A stretch of DNA of 64,000 nucleotides from a virus. Of this stretch, positions 35,834 through 45,400 are shown piece by piece (the stretch's first letter is position 1; each line of letters opens with the position of its first letter). Under the pieces are notes generated by a model. That model saw nothing but the letters and a program-made list of their open reading frames with translations, was not told the DNA's origin and did no database searches. Where the stretch lies: positions 1 through 64,000 of IMG/VR virus record IMGVR_UViG_3300046535_002148; one strand, written 5' to 3'. Position numbers and translations under genes: made by a program.

Positions 35834-37771
35834 CTAAGCAGTCTTGAGTGGGTCACCGTGAAGGGCGTCAGGCAGTCCGCCCCCGCACACGGCTCGGTAG
35901 CTGCAGAAGTGGCAGTTCTCGCCAGAGATGGACAGCGGGTAGATCTCGTTCTTCACGGCTGCGGCCATCTGCTCCACGGCGAGCGTCAGTCGCCGGTAGT
36001 CGATCGGCCCACGCCAGCCGGCGTCGACGAACTTCATCTTGTGCATGTCGATCCAGGTGGCCCGACGCCCGGCGCCATGGAATCGCTCGTACAGATCGGT
36101 GCCCCGGTCCTCGCCGAAGCCGTCCTCGCCGCGCCAGCCGGTCCAGAACTCCTTCTTCGTGGAGGCGTAGCAGTTGTGCTGGACGACACCGGCACCCACG
36201 TAGGTGCTGGTGCCGGTGGTCATGTCGACGAGGTCCTGCTCGCCGACGGACTCGATGGCGACGATCCTGACTTCGGAGATCACGCGGACCGTGGTGTTGT
36301 CGAGGTCCTCGACCTTCCGGGCCAGGGCCGGTCGGATGGTGGCGGTGAAGGCCACACGCGTGGACTTGTCGCCGATGAGCTCGACGGACTTCGCACCGAC
36401 CCGACCTTCGAAGCCGAGCTGATTGAGGTGCTTGGCGATCGACTCAAGGACAGCGAAGTCCTTCTGGTAGAAGCTGATGACGTTGCTGTTCGTGCCCCTG
36501 CCGCCGTCGGTGTCGTACATTCCCGCAAGCCATCCGGCGACGTAGTCGTCACTTTCGGCCGCGCGCTCACACATGCTGCGGATCTGGTCGACGGCTGTCA
36601 CCGAGTGCGTCCGCAGCCCGGCCATGGGATTGCGCTGCCAGCCGCGACCGTCCGGTTCGCGGGTCCAGTCGAAGACCTGAACACCGAACTCGCGAAGGAA
36701 GGCGCGAAGGCGATCGAGGATGTCGGCGTCTGCGACGCCGACTCCGATGGTCCAGAAGGGAGTGTGTCCGGTGGGCCGGCTGATCGACCCGTCGCCGAGT
36801 GTGGCGCCAGCGATGTACCCGGCCATGTAGTCGGCGCTGCAGTAGTCGATCTCCCGCGGCTCCGGCATCACCTTGAAGACCTTGATGCCGGCGGTCTTGC
36901 GTCGAGGGTTGTCGAGGTTCTCGACGAGGTCCTCGACCGTCCGCCACGCCCATCCGCCCTCGCGCTGGGCCAGGAGCCGGTGTCCGGCGCCGACGGTGAA
37001 CTCGGTGCCGTCGTTGCAAGCCACCCGGAACGCAGGCTTCCGCGTGCGCCAGATGGCGTTGACGGTTGTACGACGCCAGTGACGACGACGGACGCCACCG
37101 TCAGTTTCCACGGGTTCCTCGTCGACACCCATGATCGTGTCGCCGACAGCCAGCTCACCGAACGGCTTCCAGCTGTAGTCACCCATGAGGATCGGGGTCT
37201 CGGGCGTTGCGCAGTAGCTGGTGAACTGGATGTTGTGCCGCAGGTACTCCGGCCGACGCATCGCGGACTTCCAGTCGTCGATGCACACCGCGGCCAGGCG
37301 GCGGTGGAAGCGGACGAGCAGTCGGTCGACCGTGCCGGCGATGATGTGCGGCTCGCCGAGGTCCTCGTCCCATGTGCCGTCGATCGGGACCGCGAAGCCG
37401 AACTCCAATGCGAGCATCTCGTGGTCGTCGTCGCGGATGAGCTCGGCGTACTGCTTGATCGCCTCGATGCCGCGGGCCCGGCACTCCCCGTAGGAGCGCT
37501 TGGGCAGCCACCCGTCGGCAGGGACCGGGTCGCAGATCGCCTCGATGTTGGCCGGGTGCCAGTAGTGGATGAACGAGGCGAGGGCGCGGGCCAGCGCCTC
37601 CTCGAAGGGGACGCCCTCGGCGCGCAGCCGCTCGAGGACCTGCAGTGCGTGGTGCAGGACGGAGCCGTACGCGGCCCCGCTGTTGGTGCGCCCCGGAACT
37701 CCGTTGCGGCCGAGGCCGTAGGCGTAGGCGCACCGCGCGTAGGACTGCAGGTCGGATGGATGGAACCTCAA
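35834..37771 (-). CDS. PD-(D/E)XK RecB/Cas4-like exonuclease containing an intein
   Basis: S.LQSYARC, GSVLH, E..F, GTVDR, DDWKS, QFTSY, C-terminal CHFCSY...C. Confidence 0.88.
   Translation of the reverse strand: MRFHPSDLQSYARCAYAYGLGRNGVPGRTNSGAAYGSVLHHALQVLERLRAEGVPFEEALARALASFIHYWHPANIEAICDPVPADGWLPKRSYGECRARGIEAIKQYAELIRDDDHEMLALEFGFAVPIDGTWDEDLGEPHIIAGTVDRLLVRFHRRLAAVCIDDWKSAMRRPEYLRHNIQFTSYCATPETPILMGDYSWKPFGELAVGDTIMGVDEEPVETDGGVRRRHWRRTTVNAIWRTRKPAFRVACNDGTEFTVGAGHRLLAQREGGWAWRTVEDLVENLDNPRRKTAGIKVFKVMPEPREIDYCSADYMAGYIAGATLGDGSISRPTGHTPFWTIGVGVADADILDRLRAFLREFGVQVFDWTREPDGRGWQRNPMAGLRTHSVTAVDQIRSMCERAAESDDYVAGWLAGMYDTDGGRGTNSNVISFYQKDFAVLESIAKHLNQLGFEGRVGAKSVELIGDKSTRVAFTATIRPALARKVEDLDNTTVRVISEVRIVAIESVGEQDLVDMTTGTSTYVGAGVVQHNCYASTKKEFWTGWRGEDGFGEDRGTDLYERFHGAGRRATWIDMHKMKFVDAGWRGPIDYRRLTLAVEQMAAAVKNEIYPLSISGENCHFCSYRAVCGGGLPDALHGDPLKTA
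36173..37213 (-). mobile_element. intein with LAGLIDADG endonuclease (347 aa)
   Basis: CATPET start, GAGHRL, GATLGDG and GMYDTDG, VDMTT...VQHN end, +1 Cys. Confidence 0.92.
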
Positions 37772-37836
37772 CTGCTCTGCACACCGCCCCGTGACGAGCC
37801 GTCAGATGGTTCCCTCCGGGAAGGCTGGACGCAGAA

Positions 37837-37917
37837 AAGGGGCCACACGAGGCCACGCCGGAACACGCCCAGCTGGCTGCTGGGCTGCTCGTGACGTGGT
37901 GCTTCGTGTGGCCCCTT
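37837..37917 (-). promoter_or_regulatory. long branched hairpin in the leader of the replication operon
   Basis: 14-bp perfect outer stem AAGGGGCCACACGA/TCGTGTGGCCCCTT, inner GCCCAGC/GCTGGGC; T-run at its 3' end on the - strand. Confidence 0.55.
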
Positions 37918-38002
37918 CGGCGACCGCGCCGCCTGGCGCCAGGATCCGTGACCGAGCCGCGGACCCCGTCAATCCGGGGTGAACCGGACTGGGATGACAG
38001 GA

Positions 38003-38033
38003 ACCGTACGCCCCGGCCACGAACAGGTGTCAA
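38003..38033 (-). promoter_or_regulatory. candidate housekeeping-sigma promoter
   Basis: TTGACA-N19-TACGGT facing the replication operon; spacer is long. Confidence 0.45.
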
Positions 38034-38182
38034 GCCCGGTCGGCGAGTCCCTGAAACCCGTTCGCCGGTCGGGTTTCCGTCCTCTGCGGCCGGTGGTGTC
38101 AGGTGGGGCGCAATGGGCTCCGGTGAACCCCGGAAACCTATAGTGCACAGCGAAAACGTCAGTTCCGACTAGAGTCGGGATC

Positions 38183-38581
38183 ATGGAGACGGGCGCGGTA
38201 CGAAACTCTCAAGCTGTCTCGGGACTTTTGTCTGATGATCCGTTGCGGGTGTCGGAGGGCCCGGCTAGGTTCTCCCGGGTGACGACGCGGTCGGGGGTCC
38301 GGGAGGACGCCAGCGAGGGCGAGCTGCAGGACGCGCTGAACCTCGCCGTGACGGTGTTCGGCCGGCGTGCGGTGATCACCGCGCTGAGACACGTACACCT
38401 CTTCGATCATCTGCGCAAGCGGGCCCGCGACCAGCTCACGATCGCCGAGACCGCCCATGCCGCCGGCGTGGAGTTCCTGCTGCACTTCAAGGTGTCGCCG
38501 CGCCCGAAGGCCGGGGACCGGGTGGTCATCTCCACCGAGATCCCGCCGGAGCAGCTGACGCTGCCGCCCACGGTGAGCTAG
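38183..38581 (+). CDS. hypothetical protein, lone divergent gene
   Basis: Only plausible + strand gene in 26.5-64 kb; start uncertain. Confidence 0.55.
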   Translation: METGAVRNSQAVSGLLSDDPLRVSEGPARFSRVTTRSGVREDASEGELQDALNLAVTVFGRRAVITALRHVHLFDHLRKRARDQLTIAETAHAAGVEFLLHFKVSPRPKAGDRVVISTEIPPEQLTLPPTVS

Positions 38582-39015
38582 AAGTCCCCCATGACGGCCT
38601 GCGGGATGTCACGCAGGGCGTTGGCCTGGAACGTCCAGGTATGGGTCAGGGTGTAGCTCGGCTCCGCGACGCTGATGGATTGCTGGGAATAGCTCGGGCG
38701 CACGATCGCGGCGAGGAAAACCCCGGTGTAGTAACCGCGGTCGTCGTTGAGCCAGCCCTGGACCAGGCCCTCGGCCAGCGGCCAGCGGTACTGGACGAGT
38801 GTCTGTCCGGGGTCGAGGACCGCGCAGTGCCCGACGGCGGGCATCTCCACGAAGCCGTAGCCGAACAGCAGGGCGGTGCTCGAGCTGAACTCGCCCCACC
38901 CGCTGGTGAAGGACAGCGCGGTCACGGTGACCTCGCCGCCGGCGTTGGCCTGGTGGTGCGCGATGTCGGCCCGGCGGGCCTCCATGGCCCTGAACGGGTT
39001 CTGGATGATCGTCAT
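38578..39015 (-). CDS. putative minor tail/baseplate protein
   Basis: ATGA-coupled to the upstream tail gene. Confidence 0.6.
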   Translation of the reverse strand: MTIIQNPFRAMEARRADIAHHQANAGGEVTVTALSFTSGWGEFSSSTALLFGYGFVEMPAVGHCAVLDPGQTLVQYRWPLAEGLVQGWLNDDRGYYTGVFLAAIVRPSYSQQSISVAEPSYTLTHTWTFQANALRDIPQAVMGDF

Positions 39016-41210
39016 GAACTGATCAGCCCGATGCTCTTGAGGTAGTACTGCGTCTCGGCCGAGAGCTTGCTCGCGTCGATGACCCAGTTGCTGAACGGGT
39101 CGGTGCCCAGCCAGTTGGTCTCGAGGTCGTAGGTGTAGCGCCCGGTGCTGACGTCCAGGGTGCAGTTGATCGAACGGACGTAGTGCAGGTAGGACTCCCC
39201 CGTCATGCGCTCCCAGATCCGGACCTGGTCGTCGACCTGGATGGCCGGGTTGCCGGGGCAGGTGGCCGTACCGACCCGGTAGAGGAACATCTCCCGGACG
39301 CTGATCAGGTCGGCCATGATCTGGCACTCCTGGTCGGTGCTGAAGTCCTGGTCGATGTAGAGCCGGACCCGGCGCATCCCGCTGGGGTGGGGGTTGAAGC
39401 CCGGCGCCAGACCGCCGACGGTGCCGGAGGTGTCGGCGACGAAGTTGCGTTCGCGGACGTTGCGACCGGAGAGTTTGACCTTGTACGCGAGCAGGGTCGT
39501 TTCCTCGTCGAGCTCGACGTACTCCTGCACGCGGCCGACGTCCTCACCGGCGTCGGACTGGCTGACGTAGTTGCCGGGCTGCCAGATGTTGGGTGAGCGC
39601 CAGACCGCGCCGCCGCCCTCGTCGATGTAGAAGATGTAGCCGACGATGTCGCGCACGAAGCTGATGACGTTCATCAGTGGCTGCTTGTCGAAGTTGCCCT
39701 TGTCCAGCTTGGTGATGCTGGCGGTGCCGGTCTGCTCGAGGTCGCCCCACACCCGCCCGGCCGGCAGGACAGGGTCCGGGGCGTCAGGAGTGAACACGGC
39801 GCCGTTGCCGTCGCTCTGGGTCTGGAAGTTCAGGCCGGTGTTCGCCTCCGGCCAGTAGAAGCCGCCCCAGGCACACACCCACTTGACGATGTCGGTGAGG
39901 TCGGCGTAGTTGCCTTCCAGGTGGGTGCGGACCAGGCCGGTGGCCGGGTCGGTGTCCGGGACCATGGTCGTGGTCACCGAGCTGACCTGCATGGCGCACA
40001 GGCCGGCGCGCCATTTGTAGTCACCCAGGCCGCTGTTGGTCAGGGAGGTGAAGGTGACCCGGACCCGCTGGGCGTTGGCGATCGCCGCGGGCAGCTGGAT
40101 GACGGCGTCGGAGTCCTTGTTGACGGTGACGGCGTGGACGAAGGGGATGTCGCTGCCGTTGTTGATGACCTGGCCGTTGATCTTCTTGCTGTAGGCGGGG
40201 ATCTTCTGCGACCCGAGCCAGTTGGCGCCGTCGCTGACCGAGATGTAGATCCGGTAGGGCCCGCCCCAGACCTTGAGCCGTACTGCGGTCAGGGTGCGGC
40301 TGCTGAAGGTGCCGGTGATCCACTCGTAGCCGGGCTTGGACCAGCACCCGGTCGAGAGCCAGTAGGTGGTCAGGCTGGTGTCGAAGGCGTGGGAGCCGTA
40401 GTGCCCGAAGACCCCGCCGTTGCGGTCGACGTACTCGTACTTGCCGTCCTTGAGGCCGCGTCCGACGAAGGTCTTGTTCGAGTCGTTGCCGTAGGTCGGC
40501 CAGGCCCAGGTCAGTTGCGTCTGCGGGATGTTGGGGTTGTTGACGGAGTGGACCGGATCCCATTCCAGTGGGTAGTCGGTCTCACGTGGAATGACCGGCG
40601 GGAACGCGATCTGGTCGAGCAGCAGCCGCCCGAGGTCGCGGCACTGGATGGTGATCAGTCCGTCGTGGGTGAACTCGACGTCGTCGATGAGCCAGACGCC
40701 GCTGGCGTACATGTGCGGGTCGCCCTCGGGGGCGATGGAGTAGTCCGCGCCGTAGCCCTCATAGGTGCGGATGACCCGGTCGGGGACCAGGACGCTCTGC
40801 CACTCGTTGGGGTCGAGGCTCCAGCGTTCGCTGGCCTCGGGGTCGACGCCGTAGTTCGGGGTGTACCAACCCTCGCGCTCGAAGTACTGGTCGTCCTCGG
40901 GGACCTCTCCCATCGGGAGGATCTCGCAGTTCCACAGCGTCAGCGTCATGGTGGCGGCATCGGTGTCGACGCTGCGGCTCCATGTCATCGACTTGATGTT
41001 GGGCAGCTCGATCGGGACGTGGGACTGCCCGAAGGTCGCAGTGGTGAAGTTGCCGAGGCCGTAGCGCTGGACCCCGTTGAGCATCGTGAACTGGTACGGG
41101 ACCTTCTTGATCGACAGCTTCTGGACGGTGGCCCGGCAGCGGGGCGCCTGGGTGCCGGTCTTGTCCCCCGAGACCCAGGCCTGGGCGGTGTCGTTGTCGA
41201 CGATCCTCAC
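39012..41210 (-). CDS. minor tail protein (tail hub/Tal-like) with carbohydrate-binding insert
   Basis: GVWLIDDV...CRDLGRLL, GNPAIQVDDQVRI; AFD...TYW discoidin-like insert. Confidence 0.7.
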   Translation of the reverse strand: MRIVDNDTAQAWVSGDKTGTQAPRCRATVQKLSIKKVPYQFTMLNGVQRYGLGNFTTATFGQSHVPIELPNIKSMTWSRSVDTDAATMTLTLWNCEILPMGEVPEDDQYFEREGWYTPNYGVDPEASERWSLDPNEWQSVLVPDRVIRTYEGYGADYSIAPEGDPHMYASGVWLIDDVEFTHDGLITIQCRDLGRLLLDQIAFPPVIPRETDYPLEWDPVHSVNNPNIPQTQLTWAWPTYGNDSNKTFVGRGLKDGKYEYVDRNGGVFGHYGSHAFDTSLTTYWLSTGCWSKPGYEWITGTFSSRTLTAVRLKVWGGPYRIYISVSDGANWLGSQKIPAYSKKINGQVINNGSDIPFVHAVTVNKDSDAVIQLPAAIANAQRVRVTFTSLTNSGLGDYKWRAGLCAMQVSSVTTTMVPDTDPATGLVRTHLEGNYADLTDIVKWVCAWGGFYWPEANTGLNFQTQSDGNGAVFTPDAPDPVLPAGRVWGDLEQTGTASITKLDKGNFDKQPLMNVISFVRDIVGYIFYIDEGGGAVWRSPNIWQPGNYVSQSDAGEDVGRVQEYVELDEETTLLAYKVKLSGRNVRERNFVADTSGTVGGLAPGFNPHPSGMRRVRLYIDQDFSTDQECQIMADLISVREMFLYRVGTATCPGNPAIQVDDQVRIWERMTGESYLHYVRSINCTLDVSTGRYTYDLETNWLGTDPFSNWVIDASKLSAETQYYLKSIGLISS

Positions 41211-42151
41211 GAGACCCTCCGGGTGAGAAAGGTCCGGGCCTGGTAGGTGGCGCGCCAGGTCTCCTTGGCCGAGGGCCGCTGCTCGGTGATGTTCAACTCG
41301 ATGAACATCACTTCCCAGGTGCGCTGGAAGTGGTCGCGCACGAGGAGGAAGTTCGGCTTGTTCGACCAACGCCGCAGCTCCTCGTACATGGCCTGGCCGC
41401 GGATGACCCCGTTGAAGGTCCATTCGACCGGGCTGCGGCCGGTGCGGCGGGTCAGTGGGATGCCGGCGGTGCCGAGGGTCTCCAGCGCCTTGCTGGGGTG
41501 AGGGGTCGTCATCTGCCGGGGGTTGACCGGCATCTGCCACGTCTCGTTGAGGACGGGGTCGGTGAAGGTCCAGCGGTAGTTGGCCGGCGCCGGCGCGATG
41601 GCCGTGGGGATGTTGATGTTGTCGAACGCCGCGGCACCGGGAGCGGTCTCGGTCCCGTAGTAGCCGCAGAACAGGTCGAGGGTCACTGCGGTGAGCGGGA
41701 AGGTGCCCGTGGCCACCGAGTGCCGGGTCGTCCAGGCGACGCCGTCCCCGGAGGTCTCGAAGTAGACGGTGCCGTTGGATTCACGGATGCGCCACCCGGA
41801 GTGGACAGCCGGGTCGAAGGTGGTGCTCGACTGCGTCTGGACCCCGCCGATGATCGCGCGGAAGGTGAATACGCCGCCTGAGATGAAGATCTGCAGTTTG
41901 TTGCCGGTCCCGCCCTGCAGTTCGAAGCCGGACTCGATGGTGCCGTTGCCCGCGTCCGGGATGCCCCGCACGGTGAGGTAGGCCGCGGACCCGGTCAGGT
42001 CGTAGGAGCTGACGGTGCCGATCGAGGAGTAGGCAGGCGTACACGGCAGGGAGAGGTATCCGCTGGCGGTCGAGGGTGACCCGGCGGTACCCCAGACAGC
42101 AGGGTCCAGTGGTCCGTCGAAGTTCTCGACGAGCGTGGAGATCGACGCCAT
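41207..42151 (-). CDS. minor tail protein (lectin-like domain plus Dit-like C-terminal domain)
   Basis: WRIRESNGTVYFETS.DG..W; C-terminal RWTFTDP...NP..MT.P domain. Confidence 0.7.
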   Translation of the reverse strand: MASISTLVENFDGPLDPAVWGTAGSPSTASGYLSLPCTPAYSSIGTVSSYDLTGSAAYLTVRGIPDAGNGTIESGFELQGGTGNKLQIFISGGVFTFRAIIGGVQTQSSTTFDPAVHSGWRIRESNGTVYFETSGDGVAWTTRHSVATGTFPLTAVTLDLFCGYYGTETAPGAAAFDNINIPTAIAPAPANYRWTFTDPVLNETWQMPVNPRQMTTPHPSKALETLGTAGIPLTRRTGRSPVEWTFNGVIRGQAMYEELRRWSNKPNFLLVRDHFQRTWEVMFIELNITEQRPSAKETWRATYQARTFLTRRVS

Positions 42152-42195
42152 CGGCCGCTACCGGTCCAGTCCCGAGGTGCCCGTCACCCTTGGGT

Positions 42196-42224
42196 GGTTC
42201 GGCCCGTCCGGGGTCGACGGCAAA
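42196..42224 (-). promoter_or_regulatory. late promoter-like motif
   Basis: TTTG-N17-GCCGAACC. Confidence 0.6.
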
Positions 42225-45200
42225 TCACGTTTGGACTGGGCCGCGGTAGATCAGGAAGCTCAGCTCGTAGTCGTGGGCCCACGGCGCAGTGGCGTTGCGG
42301 TGAGGGGTCGCGTTGAACGAGACCACGGTCACGACCCAGCCCCGGCCACGGTGGTCGACCACCCAGAACCGTCGGTTCAACCCCGAGAAGGCGAGCAGCT
42401 TCTCGTAGTGCTCCTGGGTCTCGAGGTAGCCCTTGCAGGACCAGTTCTGCGCCGGGCGGGTGCCCTCCCAGAAGACGAGCTGGCCGTGCGGGGACGTGGT
42501 GGCGTCGGAGGTGACCGGGCGCACGCCGAACGGGGATGTCATCTCACTGGGGTTCCACGGCACCTGGTAGGTGCCCAGCCCGCCGGGCATCGGGTCCTGG
42601 AACACCCAACGCTGCACCGACCCGGTGGTGTCGGGCAGGTCGGTGGGCGCGATCTCCAGAGCCGAGGGGGCGCCCAGGGGCGGGGAGACGACGGTCAGGG
42701 TGGATGACGCGCTCTCGGCGGTGACGTTGCTCGAGCCCGAGGCGATCGCGGTGAGGGTGTACGTGCCCGGCTGGAGCAGTCGGGCGATCGGCAGGGAGAA
42801 CTCGACCAGTCCTCCGGTCTCGTCGGTCATGACGTAGAAGGGCGGATTGCCGTTGCCGTTGGCCTGCAGCGGTGTGGCCGCGGCGCCGTTGGCGGTGATG
42901 GGGTCACCGTCGAGCTCGAAGGTGACCGTGATGCCGCGGTTGAAGTTGAGCAGGGTCGCCACAACCGCCCCGGGGGTACGGAACAGCCGGGTCTCCTGCA
43001 GGTGCAGTACGCCGTCGTAGGGGGCGGGCAGCATCGCCCAGTCGACGTTGACGTTGACCATCGAGCTGCCGGCGGTGCGCAGCACACGGATGTAGGTGTC
43101 GACGCCGCCGGAGACGGGGACCTCGACCTGCTGCCCCTGGCTGGTCGAGACCCGCTGGATGGTGTCGAGGTAGGAGCCCTGGTAGACGTCGATGATGTAG
43201 CCGGCGTTCGTGGTCAGGGAGCTGATGCGTAGCACGCCGTTGTTGGGTGTGGTGTACCGGGCCCAGTAGCTCTTGGTGCCGCCGTTGAGGTCGGGTTCAC
43301 CGGTCTGCACGGTCGTGTTGGCGATGTCGGCCGGGAAGGTGCCGGAGAGGAAGTCGCCTCCTGCGGACAAGACATAGGGCGCCTCGAAGTGGTCGCCGAT
43401 GCTGTAGGTGCTCGGCAACTGCATCAGCTTGCCCGGCAGGACCTGCACCATCGCCGTCTGTCCGGCGAGGTTGAGGAACCGGTTGGCCAGGGTGATGTTC
43501 GAAGGCGGTGCTGTCTGCAGGATCGTGGCTGTGGCGCCGCTGAGGTCCAGGGCGAAGTAGCCGGCGGCGACGCTCGTCGAGGCGGTGGCACCGGTCAGAG
43601 GCCCGGACACCTTGGCGGTGGCACCGCTGATCGCGTTGTACGGATCGACCGCCGCACCGATGTTGACCGTGGCGGTCGGGGTCTGGATGTCGTCGGGCTG
43701 CAGCGAGTACACGGCCTCCGAGCGGGAGGCGGTGATGGTGGCGGCAGTCGCGGTGACCGCGGTGATCGTGACGCTGCCGATCGTCCGGGCGGTCTTGTAG
43801 AGCCGGTCGGCCTCGCTGACGGTCAGTTCGCGTCGCCAGATCGCGACCTCGTCGATCGTGCCCTTGAAGGCCGTCTTGCCTGCCCATGCGCGTCCGATGT
43901 ACCACTGCTTGGCGTTGGCGTAGGTCCCCAGGACCAGACTGCCGGTGATCGTGCGGGAGTAGGACATGACCCCGTCGACGAAGATCTTCAGTGTCGACAG
44001 ACCACTGCCGTCGGGACTGCTGACGGTCAGCACGAGGTGTCGGGGCAGGTTGTTGTTGAGCTTGACGCCGGTGGTCAGTGTCGTGTTGACCCCGTCGGTG
44101 GCGGTGGGGCAGTTGAAGACCAGGCCGTTGGTGTTGTCGTGCGTGAGCCACCATTGCCGCTGTCCGGCGCCGTTGGAGTAGTAGCGGCCCATGACGAACA
44201 TGTCAGCGGTGGAGTCGGTCTTCATGATGAAGGTGACCGAGAGGCCCGGGAGGGCGTCCATCCACGAGACGAGGCTGGAGTAACCGGGGAAGTCGACCGA
44301 GCTGGTGAGGGCCTCGATCGCCAGGTCGTTGTCACCGACGACCATGCCCGGGGAGAACTTGATGTTGGTGTTCGGGGCGTAGGTGGCGAACGCGGTGTCG
44401 TTCCCCATCTCGTCGGTCAGGACCTTGCCGGTGACCGGGGCGACGGTGGCGCCCGGGGTCTGGGTGGTCTCGGCGGAGAACGCGCTGCCCAGGGCCGGCC
44501 CGGAGGTGGTGACCGCCCGGACGACGTACTTCCACTTGATCGTGTCCGCGGGCCCGACGTGGGTGTAGCTGGTGCCGCCGGAGGCGACGGAGGCCAGCAA
44601 CGTGTAGGTGTTGTCGTCCTGAGAGGCCCAGACCTCGGTCTTGTACTCGGCGTACCCGACGTGGTTGGTCCAGGTGATGACCTGGTTCGCGCCCGAGGAG
44701 CTGCGCAGGACGTTGGTCGGCGTCCCCGGTGTGGTCCAGATGTAGCCGGAGGTCGAGTAGGCCGAGGACCCGATGCTGTTGTTGCCACGGACCGCGTAGT
44801 TGTACCGGCTGTTGGCCGCGATGGCGTTGTCGGTGTAGCTGGTGGCGGTCGCCGCCAGGGTCGCCAAACCGGCGCCGTTGCGCAGCAGGGTGATGCTCGT
44901 GTACGGCTCACCGGAGGTGTAGTGGTCGGCCCAGGTGACGGACGCCGAGGCGTCGGAGTTGCGGCTGGCCGCGCACCCGGTCGGCGCGGCCGGCGCGCCG
45001 TAGGGACGGGTAGGAACGGTGGAGACGAGCGACTTGGTCGGGGTGACGCCGTTGAACGCCCCGGAGACGGTGGCGGTGAAGGTGACTCCGCCGGGGCTCG
45101 AGCCGTAGTTGGAGTAGGTGTAGGTGTAGCTCTTGGTCGCGCGCAGTTGCGCGCCGCCGCTGTCGTTGTTGGTGTAGCTGGTCGTGCCGCTGATGTCGTC

Positions 45201-45371
45201 GGAGTAGGTCAGCGTCTGGCTGTCGCTGTAGCTGTACTGGTTCTCGGTGTAGATGCTGATGGTCGCGACAGCGGTGGAGCTGGTGTGGGCCGGCGTGCTC
45301 CAGGACACGTCGATGCCGACGCGCATGCCGTTGCCGCCTGAATAATCCCAGCTTCCCCAACTGATGGCCAT
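42225..45371 (-). CDS. large minor tail protein (Fn3 repeats, LamG, Dit-like C-terminus)
   Basis: Y.YAVRG.N..G.S Fn3; FKGTIDEVAIW LamG; C-terminal RWVFQDP domain. Confidence 0.75.
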   Translation of the reverse strand: MAISWGSWDYSGGNGMRVGIDVSWSTPAHTSSTAVATISIYTENQYSYSDSQTLTYSDDISGTTSYTNNDSGGAQLRATKSYTYTYSNYGSSPGGVTFTATVSGAFNGVTPTKSLVSTVPTRPYGAPAAPTGCAASRNSDASASVTWADHYTSGEPYTSITLLRNGAGLATLAATATSYTDNAIAANSRYNYAVRGNNSIGSSAYSTSGYIWTTPGTPTNVLRSSSGANQVITWTNHVGYAEYKTEVWASQDDNTYTLLASVASGGTSYTHVGPADTIKWKYVVRAVTTSGPALGSAFSAETTQTPGATVAPVTGKVLTDEMGNDTAFATYAPNTNIKFSPGMVVGDNDLAIEALTSSVDFPGYSSLVSWMDALPGLSVTFIMKTDSTADMFVMGRYYSNGAGQRQWWLTHDNTNGLVFNCPTATDGVNTTLTTGVKLNNNLPRHLVLTVSSPDGSGLSTLKIFVDGVMSYSRTITGSLVLGTYANAKQWYIGRAWAGKTAFKGTIDEVAIWRRELTVSEADRLYKTARTIGSVTITAVTATAATITASRSEAVYSLQPDDIQTPTATVNIGAAVDPYNAISGATAKVSGPLTGATASTSVAAGYFALDLSGATATILQTAPPSNITLANRFLNLAGQTAMVQVLPGKLMQLPSTYSIGDHFEAPYVLSAGGDFLSGTFPADIANTTVQTGEPDLNGGTKSYWARYTTPNNGVLRISSLTTNAGYIIDVYQGSYLDTIQRVSTSQGQQVEVPVSGGVDTYIRVLRTAGSSMVNVNVDWAMLPAPYDGVLHLQETRLFRTPGAVVATLLNFNRGITVTFELDGDPITANGAAATPLQANGNGNPPFYVMTDETGGLVEFSLPIARLLQPGTYTLTAIASGSSNVTAESASSTLTVVSPPLGAPSALEIAPTDLPDTTGSVQRWVFQDPMPGGLGTYQVPWNPSEMTSPFGVRPVTSDATTSPHGQLVFWEGTRPAQNWSCKGYLETQEHYEKLLAFSGLNRRFWVVDHRGRGWVVTVVSFNATPHRNATAPWAHDYELSFLIYRGPVQT

Positions 45372-45400
45372 GCCGCTCCCCTATCGAACGGGCGGGTTGC

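Noticed and set aside
35834-37771. Cas4 as evidence of a CRISPR system
   Set aside because: Solo PD-(D/E)XK nuclease in a standard nuclease-Sak4-SSB recombination module; no cas1/cas2 or array
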